This document shows, one piece after another, positions 1-8,374 of a stretch of DNA of 37,411 nucleotides. Location of the stretch: the NCBI GenBank assembly GCA_051010975.1, contig JBPCUV010000357.1, positions 1 through 37,411 on the forward strand, written 5' to 3'. Below the pieces are notes generated by a model. That model was given only the letters and a program-made list of their open reading frames with translations, made no database searches and was not told where the DNA came from. A program made the position numbers and the translations under genes. Position 1 is the stretch's first letter; each line of letters begins with the position of its first letter. The stretch comes from Desulfocapsaceae bacterium (GTDB lineage Bacteria > Desulfobacterota > Desulfobulbia > Desulfobulbales > Desulfocapsaceae).

Positions 1-489
1 GTTAAAATCATAATAGGCATTAAGAAACAGGCCAGTGGAGCTGATGTCTCCTTTTCCGTCAGCAACAACCTGACCCACAGTTGCACCCAGTTGCTCAGAT
101 GATCCTGTTAAAACCGCTGCATCCACCCCGTCTATGACAGTACCCGCCACATTTACGTTTTTATGAGTGTCGACATCGGCATCGGAGAATGCCAATTCCA
201 GAGCAGCACGAAAACCGCTGTCATGCATATATCCACCTTCGCCCGACAGGGCCCAGCCACTACTGAAATCAGTATCCCAGCCGTAAGGAGTGCCGGAGGA
301 AATTGAAGTTCCATTAGGCACAGCCGGAGAACCGTTGCCGGTGGTAAAATCTCCTGTCGTACCACTATTGCTGCTATCAGACTGATTGAGATAGCTCAAA
401 GAGCCTCCAACGTACCACTGATTAGCGGCAAGAACAGGTGAAGACATAGCAAACATTAGAATAGTTCCTGAGATTAATAATGTTTTCAT
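1..489 (-). CDS. Outer-membrane beta-barrel protein (OmpA-like/OMP_b-brl type), 5' part only; the gene runs off the left edge of the window
   Basis: Not in the ORF track because it is open-ended. I checked by hand that the minus-strand frame from ATG 489-487 is open to position 1 (163 codons). It reads MKTLLISGTILMFAMSSPVLA/ANQWYVGGSLSYLNQSD...GLFLNAYYDFN. It has a signal peptide, the WYVGG start typical of small OM barrels and alternating aromatic strands. SD GAGGAG lies 7 nt upstream. Confidence 0.75.
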   Translation of the reverse strand, partial: MKTLLISGTILMFAMSSPVLAANQWYVGGSLSYLNQSDSSNSGTTGDFTTGNGSPAVPNGTSISSGTPYGWDTDFSSGWALSGEGGYMHDSGFRAALELAFSDADVDTHKNVNVAGTVIDGVDAAVLTGSSEQLGATVGQVVADGKGDISSTGLFLNAYYDFN

Positions 490-510
490 TTCGATTACTC
501 CTCGGTGAGT

Positions 511-675
511 TTACCAACGCTCGGTCCCGACAATCTGATTTACATCGGTGCACAATGCTCGTTCATCTTCATTGAGATCTTCAAACGATTGATTTTCTGT
601 TTTTTCGATCGAACAAACGTATTCTTTTCCTTGTTTATCGTTAATCCATACGAGGGATTCATATCCGCTTTTCAT
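511..675 (-). CDS. Small hypothetical protein, 54 aa (below the ORF-track length cut-off)
   Basis: ATG at 675-673, stop TAA (tta on the + strand) at 513-511. Product is MKSGYESLVWINDKQGKEYVCSIEKTENQSFEDLNEDERALCTDVNQIVGTERW. SD-like AGAGGT lies about 7 nt upstream. It ends 21 nt before the OMP start on the same strand. No family recognised. Confidence 0.5.
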   Translation of the reverse strand: MKSGYESLVWINDKQGKEYVCSIEKTENQSFEDLNEDERALCTDVNQIVGTERW

Positions 676-939
676 TTTCTTACCTCTTTTATCTATGGTT
701 CAGTTGTTTGATGGTGAATGCCATCTCCATGCGTCACAAATTAGGCATGTGAATTTCGAGAGCAATGGGTAACAAAAAGTAGAATAACAATAGTAGATGC
801 TATCGTTATTAGGGCTTAGAACAATACAAATGAAATCAGTGATTAGTAGACAACCTTCTTCCTTACATGAATCTTGCGTCCCGGGTAGGGTGCTCTTATG
901 GTTAATCAAGACCTTAATTATACTGATAAAGGACAACAC

Positions 940-1752
940 ATGACTTTCATTCAATCCTCACTGGAGGAACACCTCATTACCGAACAACCCTTTTATTTGC
1001 CGGTCGGTGATGAAATAGACATAGCAATTGCAAGCTACGAACGAAAACTTCCATTGCTTTTGAAGGGTCCAACCGGTTGCGGCAAGACTCGTTTCATGCA
1101 ATTCCTGGCCTGGAAGTTGAGTCGTCCGCTGATCAATGTCTCCTGTCATGATGATCTATCAACCTCTGATCTGGTCGGCAGATATTTGGTCAAAGGGGAT
1201 GAGACGATCTGGGTTGACGGTCCTCTGACCCGTGCGGTACGAACCGGAGGGATATGTTATCTTGATGAGATCGTAGAGGCCAGGAAAGATACCACCGTGG
1301 TGATACATCCACTTGCAGATGATCGCCGGGAATTGCCCATCGACAAGCTGGGTCAGTTGCTCGTTGCCCCTGAACAGTTTATGCTCGGAGTCTCTTATAA
1401 TCCAGGCTATCAATCCGTTCTTAAGGATCTAAAAACATCAACCCGCCAGCGCTTTGTATCGCTTTCTTTTGTCTACCCCGAGGAAGATCTGGAAACCAGG
1501 ATCGTGGCAGAAGAAGCGGGGATCGATATGGACCTGGCCAGACGACTCGTTCGGTTGGGCACCATGAGCAGAGGGTTGAGGGAATCAGGTTTGCCTGAGG
1601 GCGCTTCAACACGACTGCTGATAAATGCAGGCTTGCTGATATCTTCGGGTATTGGTGCTCGTATTGCCTGTATGGTCGGGGTGGTCGAGAGTTTGACCGA
1701 TGATCCCGATCTACTCGGATCACTGGTTGAAATGGTTGATGCGGTGTTCTAG
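940..1752 (+). CDS. CbbQ/NorQ/NirQ-type MoxR-class AAA+ ATPase
   Basis: Walker A LLLKGPTGCGKTRF and Walker B ICYLDEIVEA. Length of about 270 aa and the N-terminal FYLPVGDEIDIAIASYE resemble CbbQ/NorQ. I prefer ATG 940 (AAAGGA about 7 nt upstream) to the track start at 898. Confidence 0.9.
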   Translation: MTFIQSSLEEHLITEQPFYLPVGDEIDIAIASYERKLPLLLKGPTGCGKTRFMQFLAWKLSRPLINVSCHDDLSTSDLVGRYLVKGDETIWVDGPLTRAVRTGGICYLDEIVEARKDTTVVIHPLADDRRELPIDKLGQLLVAPEQFMLGVSYNPGYQSVLKDLKTSTRQRFVSLSFVYPEEDLETRIVAEEAGIDMDLARRLVRLGTMSRGLRESGLPEGASTRLLINAGLLISSGIGARIACMVGVVESLTDDPDLLGSLVEMVDAVF

Positions 1753-1815
1753 TCCGCCCGTAGGTTTCCCTGAACTAGATTATCGAACAAATTTAGATAA
1801 ATATAGATTTCGGCG

Positions 1816-4092
1816 ATGGACAAAGAGGCACTAAAATCTAAATTCTATGAGCTTGTTTCTCCTTCTCATCCTAACGAGTGGGAAGTTGATGGTATCGTCG
1901 AAAAAATTGCTGAATTGCCCGCCTCCGCAAGAGAGTTGCTCTTCTCGCAGATACCCGTGATCTGGCCGGTAAGCAACAGCCTTTGTCTATCATTTCTCGA
2001 AGATGGCAGCCAGGTAATCGAAACTATTCCGAGCGATCTCATTCCCAAATGGGTGCGGGCCATACTCCGCCGCTACGAGCAGAAGGGACTGTCCAGCGCC
2101 AGAGGAGTAATCGTAGATGCCGGTCAACTATTTCTCACTCCACTGAGAAAAAGAAATTTGGTCCGTTTCGAGGATGTGCGAAAACGAATGCTTTTCTACC
2201 TGAGGGGAGTCTCCGGAGAAGACTTGGAGATCAGCCTGGATGCGTCTCCGCACACAAATACCTCAACTTTTTTTGTACCACCATCGATTTCTCTGTTGGA
2301 CAGCTACCAGAAAAACCAATTGCTCTATAAATTCCTGTTGACCTTGCACTGGGGGTTTTATCTGCTCGGTACTTTCAAAATCCGTCTCGAAACAGAGTCA
2401 AGTGAGAATCAGGCAACAGATCTTGGAAGTGAAGTTTCGATTCCACCGAGCTCGATAGCTGATTTCCTGTCCGGGTTCTACCATTCTGAATTGGCCGCTG
2501 ATATCTTTTTTCTGCTCGAGACGGGCAGGGTGATGCGCTGGTTGAGAGCTGATCTGCCAGGGTTGGCGAATGAATTCATCAAACTGAAGGTTGACCTGGA
2601 AGGAGCTCTTCACCGACCGGTCCATGACCTCACGGGTTCGAAACTTACCGAACTGGGAAACAGCATCCTCTTTGACCAGGAATTTCCACCCTGGATTACT
2701 CAGCAACTCGATTTACCAGATCTTTTGTCCACTTCGACCAGGGGTTTGGTTGAAATACTAAAGGAGCTTTATGGGCTCCTCGCAGGTACTGAAGAATCGT
2801 ATCAGCGGCCGCCGCTTCTTGAACTGCTCGGCAGACATGATTTTACCAAGGCGTCTGTTGAAATAGAAAGTAAACGCCTGGAAATGAAGAAGACATTTAT
2901 CCTGCACCTCCAGGCGCTTAGAGATAAGAACTTAGCTTCACTTCCTCAGCCAACCTCCCCAGGGGCGGATAATGACGCAGATCAGACAGTTGCCGTGATT
3001 ACTGAGACCAAGGCTGACTCATCGCCGTCACAATTACAGCAGATTTTGGACAACCCAGAAGTCGACGTACCGGAGGAACTGGTGAACATAATCAACCTGA
3101 TCAAGGAGGATCAGGGTCATATCCCGCCCAGCTATTTTTCTGCTGCGTCGGGAGTTTCTGGGGCTGGGTTCAGCCGACAGGAATCATCTGCAGATGTCAA
3201 GGGAGAGGGACTTGGGGGGCAGGAAGGTATTCTTCTGGATGAATGGGATTACCGGCGAAACGGCTATCGGAAGAATTGGTGCCAGATCCAGGAGAGAGAA
3301 ATGTCGCTTCTGCACTCCACGTTTGTTGACACGGCCCTTGATAAACATAGAGGGCTTTTGCTCAAGTTACGACGCCAGTTTGAGTTCATGAAGACCAACG
3401 AACATTTTGTAAGAAGGCAGCGAGAAGGAGACGATATCGACCTCGATGCCATTGTCGAAGCCAGAGGAGACCAGCGGGCAGGTATTAGTCCATCGAGCAA
3501 ACTGTTTGTAAGGCTGCAGAGAAACGAACGGGATATAGCTACCATCTTCCTTGTAGATATGTCAAATTCCACCGAGGGATGGGTGGGGACAGTGATAAAA
3601 GAGGCTCTGGTGCTGCTCTGTGAGGTCATGGATGTGGCCGGTGACCCATACGGTATTCTCGGGTTTTCAGGCATGCGCAGGTCCCGCTGTGATATCTACA
3701 GGATCAAAGATATTGAAGAGCCTTACAACAGGGAAATCCATCAGCGCATAAACTCGATTATGCCGCGCGAATACACCAGGATGGGACCGGCTCTGCGTTA
3801 CGCCTCAGATAAACTCAAGCATTACGAAGCCCGCACCAGGCTGCTGGTGACCATCACCGACGGCAAACCCGAAGATTACGACGATTACAAGGGCGATTAC
3901 GCCATCGAAGATACCAGAAAAGCCCTGATGGAAGCCCGGGGTATTGGTATCCACACATTCTGTATCACCGTTGACCGTGAAGCTCACGATTATCTGCCGC
4001 AGATGTTCGGCCGGGGCAACTATATTTTCATAGATGAAATTGATAAATTGCCAATGAGGATGATAGACATGTATCGACAGCTCACCAGTTGA
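1816..4092 (+). CDS. CbbO/NorD-like adaptor with a C-terminal von Willebrand factor A domain
   Basis: 758 aa, immediately downstream of the CbbQ-like ATPase. The C-terminal VWA domain has the MIDAS motif FLVDMSNSTEGW and ...LLVTITDGKPEDYDDY.... The size matches CbbO-type (about 750-770 aa) better than short NorD. Confidence 0.85.
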   Translation: MDKEALKSKFYELVSPSHPNEWEVDGIVEKIAELPASARELLFSQIPVIWPVSNSLCLSFLEDGSQVIETIPSDLIPKWVRAILRRYEQKGLSSARGVIVDAGQLFLTPLRKRNLVRFEDVRKRMLFYLRGVSGEDLEISLDASPHTNTSTFFVPPSISLLDSYQKNQLLYKFLLTLHWGFYLLGTFKIRLETESSENQATDLGSEVSIPPSSIADFLSGFYHSELAADIFFLLETGRVMRWLRADLPGLANEFIKLKVDLEGALHRPVHDLTGSKLTELGNSILFDQEFPPWITQQLDLPDLLSTSTRGLVEILKELYGLLAGTEESYQRPPLLELLGRHDFTKASVEIESKRLEMKKTFILHLQALRDKNLASLPQPTSPGADNDADQTVAVITETKADSSPSQLQQILDNPEVDVPEELVNIINLIKEDQGHIPPSYFSAASGVSGAGFSRQESSADVKGEGLGGQEGILLDEWDYRRNGYRKNWCQIQEREMSLLHSTFVDTALDKHRGLLLKLRRQFEFMKTNEHFVRRQREGDDIDLDAIVEARGDQRAGISPSSKLFVRLQRNERDIATIFLVDMSNSTEGWVGTVIKEALVLLCEVMDVAGDPYGILGFSGMRRSRCDIYRIKDIEEPYNREIHQRINSIMPREYTRMGPALRYASDKLKHYEARTRLLVTITDGKPEDYDDYKGDYAIEDTRKALMEARGIGIHTFCITVDREAHDYLPQMFGRGNYIFIDEIDKLPMRMIDMYRQLTS

Positions 4093-4285
4093 CAGACTGA
4101 TCTATCTCACACTCAGCGAGACGAAATCATGTCATCAGAGAGGTGTCCTGAATCGTGGTTTAATTGCCACTTTTTCCTTTAGATCACAGGATATTATGGT
4201 ATGCTTAGTAAGTGAGATGCATCGGTCTGTTAGTTGAGAAAATGAATTCATTCATATTATCATAAACAAGCCTAGGAGAAACGAG

Positions 4286-4750
4286 ATGAAAACAATCGTC
4301 TGTGTTGTTGGTACGTTGCTGCTGCTGATCATGTTCTGTCCTCTGACCATGGCTAAAAAAACTGTACTTACCGCCGAGGAGGCCAGTACCTTTTTTGCAG
4401 ATCGCACCATGACCATCAAAGAAGAGATGATGGATCCTAAATCCAGCGCACCTGCCGAGTTCAAAGCCTTCTTCTCCAAATTAGGAGGAGTGCGGGCACT
4501 TGGTGTTGATGGATCAGCCGAGACCTATAACTGGCAGGTCGACAAACACGGGGCTTTCTGCGCCAGAAACAGCACTCGATGGCGAGAAGCAATTTGTGGA
4601 TTCGTCGTTCAGGAAAATGATACATATGGGCTCTACGTCAATAAACGCGGCAACCAGAAGGCTAAGACCGTAGACGGTAGAGCGGTGTTCGATAATCGCT
4701 GGAAACTTTTTTTAACGTTCTCAGATTCCCAGCCAGGTGATCAGCTGTAA
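4286..4750 (+). CDS. Exported hypothetical protein (154 aa)
   Basis: SD AGGAGA about 7 nt upstream. Signal peptide MKTIVCVVGTLLLLIMFCPLTMA/KK. Small soluble domain with two Cys. No confident family. Confidence 0.7.
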   Translation: MKTIVCVVGTLLLLIMFCPLTMAKKTVLTAEEASTFFADRTMTIKEEMMDPKSSAPAEFKAFFSKLGGVRALGVDGSAETYNWQVDKHGAFCARNSTRWREAICGFVVQENDTYGLYVNKRGNQKAKTVDGRAVFDNRWKLFLTFSDSQPGDQL

Positions 4751-4783
4751 CATTTTATTATTTCTGCAAAAATAATCTCTGGA

Positions 4784-4813
4784 TCACCGATCAGTCTGTT
4801 GGGTGATCGGTGA
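4784..4813. terminator. Perfect 10-bp inverted repeat between convergent genes (likely a bidirectional terminator hairpin)
   Basis: TCACCGATCA (4784-4793), 10-nt loop, TGATCGGTGA (4804-4813). It lies between the stop of 4286..4750 (+) and the stop of 4879..5514 (-). The T-tract is weak (ATTATTTT, read on the minus strand). Confidence 0.5.
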
Positions 4814-4878
4814 GTACTTCAATCCCCTCGGTGGTGAGGTGGCAGCAAGTATCACAGGGGAGGCCGGGGCAAGGATAT

Positions 4879-5514
4879 TCAGAGAATTCTCTCCAGCCCG
4901 CTATAAAAAAAATAGCCTGAGAAGACAAAGAGAAAAGATGCGCAGGCACCAATCAGTCTGCGGTAGAATGTATCCGTAAAAAAGTTCCGGCCTTTGGCGA
5001 CACCGAAGGAGATGAGGCTGTACCAGGCCAGATCGGCCAGGATGTGGCCGGTGAAAAAGGCGATGATTCCCGGGATGCCGAATTTGACCGAATACATGAT
5101 GTAGCCAATGCCGATGGTCGCCCACCAGATAAGCCAATAAGGATTGGCAAGGCTGAGCAGTATTCCGGAGAGCACCAGGCTCCGAGGTTTCTGATCATCA
5201 TGATCAAATTTCAGTTTTAATCCTGGGAGTTCCTTGAACATCATACAGGCCATCCACAGTAGTATTGCCCCTCCCACCAAAGAGACGACTATGAACACCT
5301 CGTTTGTAGAAAAGAATGGAGCCAGTCCCCCCAGTAGTGCGAGTACCAGTGCCAGCTCAAGTAAGCCGTGTCCGAAGATCATCAACGGTCCGGCCTTCGC
5401 GCCCCTGCGAACGCTTTCGCTGACCGTCACCGTAAGCACCGGACCGGGCATCAGGGCGCCAGACAAGGCGATGACGAAGGATGAACCGAAAATGGTAATC
5501 AGGGCAAGAGACAT
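4879..5514 (-). CDS. LysE/RhtB-family amino-acid exporter
   Basis: 211 aa, about 6 TM. The N-terminal ...ALSGALMPGPVLTVTVSESVRRGAKAG... is typical of the LysE/RhtB translocator family. Confidence 0.85.
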   Translation of the reverse strand: MSLALITIFGSSFVIALSGALMPGPVLTVTVSESVRRGAKAGPLMIFGHGLLELALVLALLGGLAPFFSTNEVFIVVSLVGGAILLWMACMMFKELPGLKLKFDHDDQKPRSLVLSGILLSLANPYWLIWWATIGIGYIMYSVKFGIPGIIAFFTGHILADLAWYSLISFGVAKGRNFFTDTFYRRLIGACASFLFVFSGYFFYSGLERIL

Positions 5515-5772
5515 GTCTATGTTTTAATGCAGTTGTTAAAGGCCCATAAAAAAAATAACTACAGATTATACCCCTATCCCAATTGTTCTGTTGGTCAGTT
5601 CCAATTTGGAAAATATTATCTTTCAGCAAGTACGGAAAAATTGAAATATAATAGGATGCTGTTGCATTCCAACAGGTTCAGCACTATATCTAACTTTACT
5701 TCGAGTACGAAAACACAACCTATCCCAATCATATAGATGTTGCAATACATTCACGCTAAGGAGGTTCAAGCC

Positions 5773-6444
5773 ATGATAAGGTTACCTGAGTCTATTATTT
5801 TTTTCCTTGTATCTCTGCTGGTGTCAGGGATGCTCACTGTTTCGGTCCAATCGGCTGACACCGAGGAGTTCAACTCAGAGAAAATAATCTCGGAACTGGA
5901 AAAGCAGATGGATCTGTCCCGAGAAAAGTGGGAGCAGTTAAAGCCGGTGATCGAGGAGAAGAGCAAAGAGATGTCGGAAGGACTCAAAGAGTCTGTTGAT
6001 AAGGGCTATGCCGAGTTGGACAAGATGACCAAGAAATTTGATTCGATGTCCAAAGATGCCGAGCAGAAGGTAAAAGACATTCTCTCCAGCGAGGAAGCAA
6101 TGAGGCTCAGGGAACAGCTGGCCAAGGTCGACAAGGAGGCTATTGACAATGCCAAAAAGAAAATGATCGACGACCTCAACGAGCTGCTTGCCCTTACAGA
6201 GGAGCAGGCGCAGAAGCTTCAGCCGGTACTTGAAGACAGCTTCAATCAGCTTTCCGACAAGATTCAGGAAATAGCCAAAGAGGGATCAAAAGACTGGACC
6301 GAATTCAAACAGGATTTCGAGAAGATGACCAGGGATCTCTACGATAAAGTTCAGGAGACGCTTGATGACGAGCAGCTTGAGAAACTCGAGAAATATAACG
6401 AAGACCAGAAAGAAGATATAAAAAAGGCTTTGTTCACCGTTTGA
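5773..6444 (+). CDS. Periplasmic K/E-rich coiled-coil protein with four LTXXQ-like motifs (Spy/CpxP-like?)
   Basis: ATG 5773 is preceded by AAGGAGG. Signal peptide MIRLPESIIFFLVSLLVSGMLTVSVQS/AD. Motifs are LSREKWEQL, LSSEEAMRL, LTEEQAQKL and LDDEQLEKL. The track start at 5737 lacks an SD. Confidence 0.7.
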   Translation: MIRLPESIIFFLVSLLVSGMLTVSVQSADTEEFNSEKIISELEKQMDLSREKWEQLKPVIEEKSKEMSEGLKESVDKGYAELDKMTKKFDSMSKDAEQKVKDILSSEEAMRLREQLAKVDKEAIDNAKKKMIDDLNELLALTEEQAQKLQPVLEDSFNQLSDKIQEIAKEGSKDWTEFKQDFEKMTRDLYDKVQETLDDEQLEKLEKYNEDQKEDIKKALFTV

Positions 6445-6473
6445 TAGTGGATAGATCAACTCCATAGGATGCC

Positions 6474-8372
6474 ATGGCTGAGTATGTCGACTCTTCGCTG
6501 TTTGTCTATACAGAAGCGGGCGGGATATATCTGGACGACATATTAGCCAATGCTCATGGCAGCTCTATTTCACCTGTTTCAATCGCTGAGCTGCGTGACA
6601 ACAGTGCCGCCCTGCTCAAAGATATCAGCCATGTCGTTGTCTCAGCAGAACTCAGTATCGTCAAGGAAATTCTGCAGTTTGCTATCGATTACGGGTTCAG
6701 TGTAGGTATCCTGCCACTCGATTCTCAAAAGGCTCTCAAACGCTGCTATTCCATACCCAACGACAGGGCTGAAATGATTTCTCTTGCTTTGAGTGGCCAG
6801 CCCTCAGAGCTCGATATCGTCTATTGCAACGATCAGATTCTGCTCTTTAAAGGGGTCGTCGGCTGGGTGCCCTTGATTGACAGCCAGAAAACCACCGGTA
6901 AAATCAAAATTCTGGTGGATGCCCTCAGAAAGATGAGCTCGCTTCATTTGCTGCCGTTCGACATTTCCACCCTCGGAAAAAACCAGAACAAAACCTCCAC
7001 TGCCGCCTGCGGCTGCGTCATTTTGGAGACTCCTGAACTGAGTTATGCCTCCAGTATGATCGGTGATGACTGTTCTTCTGAGGATTCGATGGTGTCTACG
7101 GTGGTGATTGCTCCCTTTTCAATCGTCGACTATATAAAGCTCCTCTGGCTGCGGATTTTTTCTGATCCGGATTCAAAAAAGCTGCCTTCCTCGGTCGGCT
7201 ATATCAAGTCGACTGAGATGATAATCGAGCCATCTCCGCAGCTTGATGTGGTGATTGACGGTGAGCGGGCGACCTCGACCCCGGCCCATATCATGGTCCT
7301 TCCTGATGCGGTAAAGATGAATCGCGGGGCTGCGGATCAGGGGTCGAAGTCAAAAAAGGTGTCGGGCAAAGAAAAATTTGCCGTCGGCTCCCTGCCCGCC
7401 GGGAAGGAGCTCATAAAAGCCCGGCATAAGCGGGTACCGTTTTTCACTTACGCCTCGGAAGAGCGATTCAAAGAACTATTCATCGCCCTGCGCGACGATG
7501 CCAAGCTTGATTCAATTTACATCGTCCTCATGGTGCTCAGCACCATGCTGGCCACGGTCGGCCTTTATCTGGACAGTGCTTCGGTGATAATCGGGGCCAT
7601 GCTGCTGGCTCCCTTGATGGCGCCGATCATCTCATTGTCTATGAGCATGCTGCGTTATGACCAGCGTTTGCTCAAGCAGTCCCTGAAAAAGGTTGTTGCC
7701 GGCATACTGGTAGCTCTCGGGGTCGCTTTCTCACTTGCCGTGATATCGCCGTACCAGCCCCTTACTGGTGAGATGCAGGGCAGACTCAGCCCCTCGATTC
7801 TCGATCTTGTTGTCGCCATAGTGGCAGGTATCGCCGGCGCCTATACCAAATCTTTCAAAGAAATCCTTCAGAGTCTGGCTGGTGTGGCGATTGCGGTTGC
7901 GCTGGTTCCACCACTCGCGGTTGCCGGCATTGGCCTGGGAAGATTCGACCTTGTATTTTTCTTAAACGCTTTTTTATTATTTGCGACCAATCTTGTTGGC
8001 ATCGTGCTGGCGGCGATAATCACCTTCAGGGTGCTCGGTTATTCGCCGGCGGTCCGAGATAAACGTTCGCTTTCAATTGTTCTGGGTTCACTGTTACTCA
8101 TCTGTATCCCTCTGAGCCTCTCATTCAGAGGAATCACTGATCAGTCAAATTTCGAGAACAGCTGGAAACAAGAACGCTTTCTGGTTAACAACAAATACCT
8201 TATCGTCAATGACGCAGAAATGATCACCTACCAGGGTCGAAAGGTTCTCATGGTCGATCTTTATGCAAGGGAACCACTTGACCGTGATGATTTGAATGAA
8301 TTCAAAAAGAAAGTCCAACATAATTTTTCGGAAGATTTATTGATCAGAGTCGGGATCACCTATATACCTTGA
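6474..8372 (+). CDS. Fusion protein: degenerate diacylglycerol/lipid-kinase-like N-terminal domain plus C-terminal DUF389 (TIGR00341-type) polytopic membrane domain
   Basis: The N-terminal ~300 aa end in ...QLDVVIDGERATSTPAHIMVLPDAVKM, which resembles the YegS/DAGK accessory domain. I found no GGDGT motif. The C-terminal half has LMVLSTMLATVGLYLDSASVIIGAMLLAPLMAPIISLS..., the hallmark DUF389 motif, followed by several TM helices. Confidence 0.75.
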   Translation: MAEYVDSSLFVYTEAGGIYLDDILANAHGSSISPVSIAELRDNSAALLKDISHVVVSAELSIVKEILQFAIDYGFSVGILPLDSQKALKRCYSIPNDRAEMISLALSGQPSELDIVYCNDQILLFKGVVGWVPLIDSQKTTGKIKILVDALRKMSSLHLLPFDISTLGKNQNKTSTAACGCVILETPELSYASSMIGDDCSSEDSMVSTVVIAPFSIVDYIKLLWLRIFSDPDSKKLPSSVGYIKSTEMIIEPSPQLDVVIDGERATSTPAHIMVLPDAVKMNRGAADQGSKSKKVSGKEKFAVGSLPAGKELIKARHKRVPFFTYASEERFKELFIALRDDAKLDSIYIVLMVLSTMLATVGLYLDSASVIIGAMLLAPLMAPIISLSMSMLRYDQRLLKQSLKKVVAGILVALGVAFSLAVISPYQPLTGEMQGRLSPSILDLVVAIVAGIAGAYTKSFKEILQSLAGVAIAVALVPPLAVAGIGLGRFDLVFFLNAFLLFATNLVGIVLAAIITFRVLGYSPAVRDKRSLSIVLGSLLLICIPLSLSFRGITDQSNFENSWKQERFLVNNKYLIVNDAEMITYQGRKVLMVDLYAREPLDRDDLNEFKKKVQHNFSEDLLIRVGITYIP

Positions 8373-8374
8373 AA

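Noticed and set aside
153-365. Minus-strand 70-aa ORF from the track
   Set aside because: It is in a different frame from the open-ended OM barrel gene (1..489), which has a signal peptide, an SD and beta-barrel motifs. It is an out-of-frame artefact.
505-711. + strand 68-aa ORF from the track
   Set aside because: It has a non-ATG start, no SD and a hydrophobic low-information sequence. It is the antisense shadow of the better-supported minus-strand 54-aa ORF (511..675).
898-939. N-terminal extensions proposed by the ORF track for several genes: 898 for the CbbQ-like gene, 5737, 8369, 14077, 14705, 17199, 17974, 25258, 27151 and 30415
   Set aside because: The downstream ATGs have better SD sequences. 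They also begin at signal peptides or conserved N-termini, or the extension would contain operator palindromes or use TTG/GTG. Starts remain unverified without experimental data.
5527-5736. 69-aa ORF in the AT-rich divergent promoter region between lysE and the coiled-coil gene
   Set aside because: It has AT-rich, Asn/Lys/Tyr-biased low-complexity composition and no SD. The region is better explained as divergent promoters.
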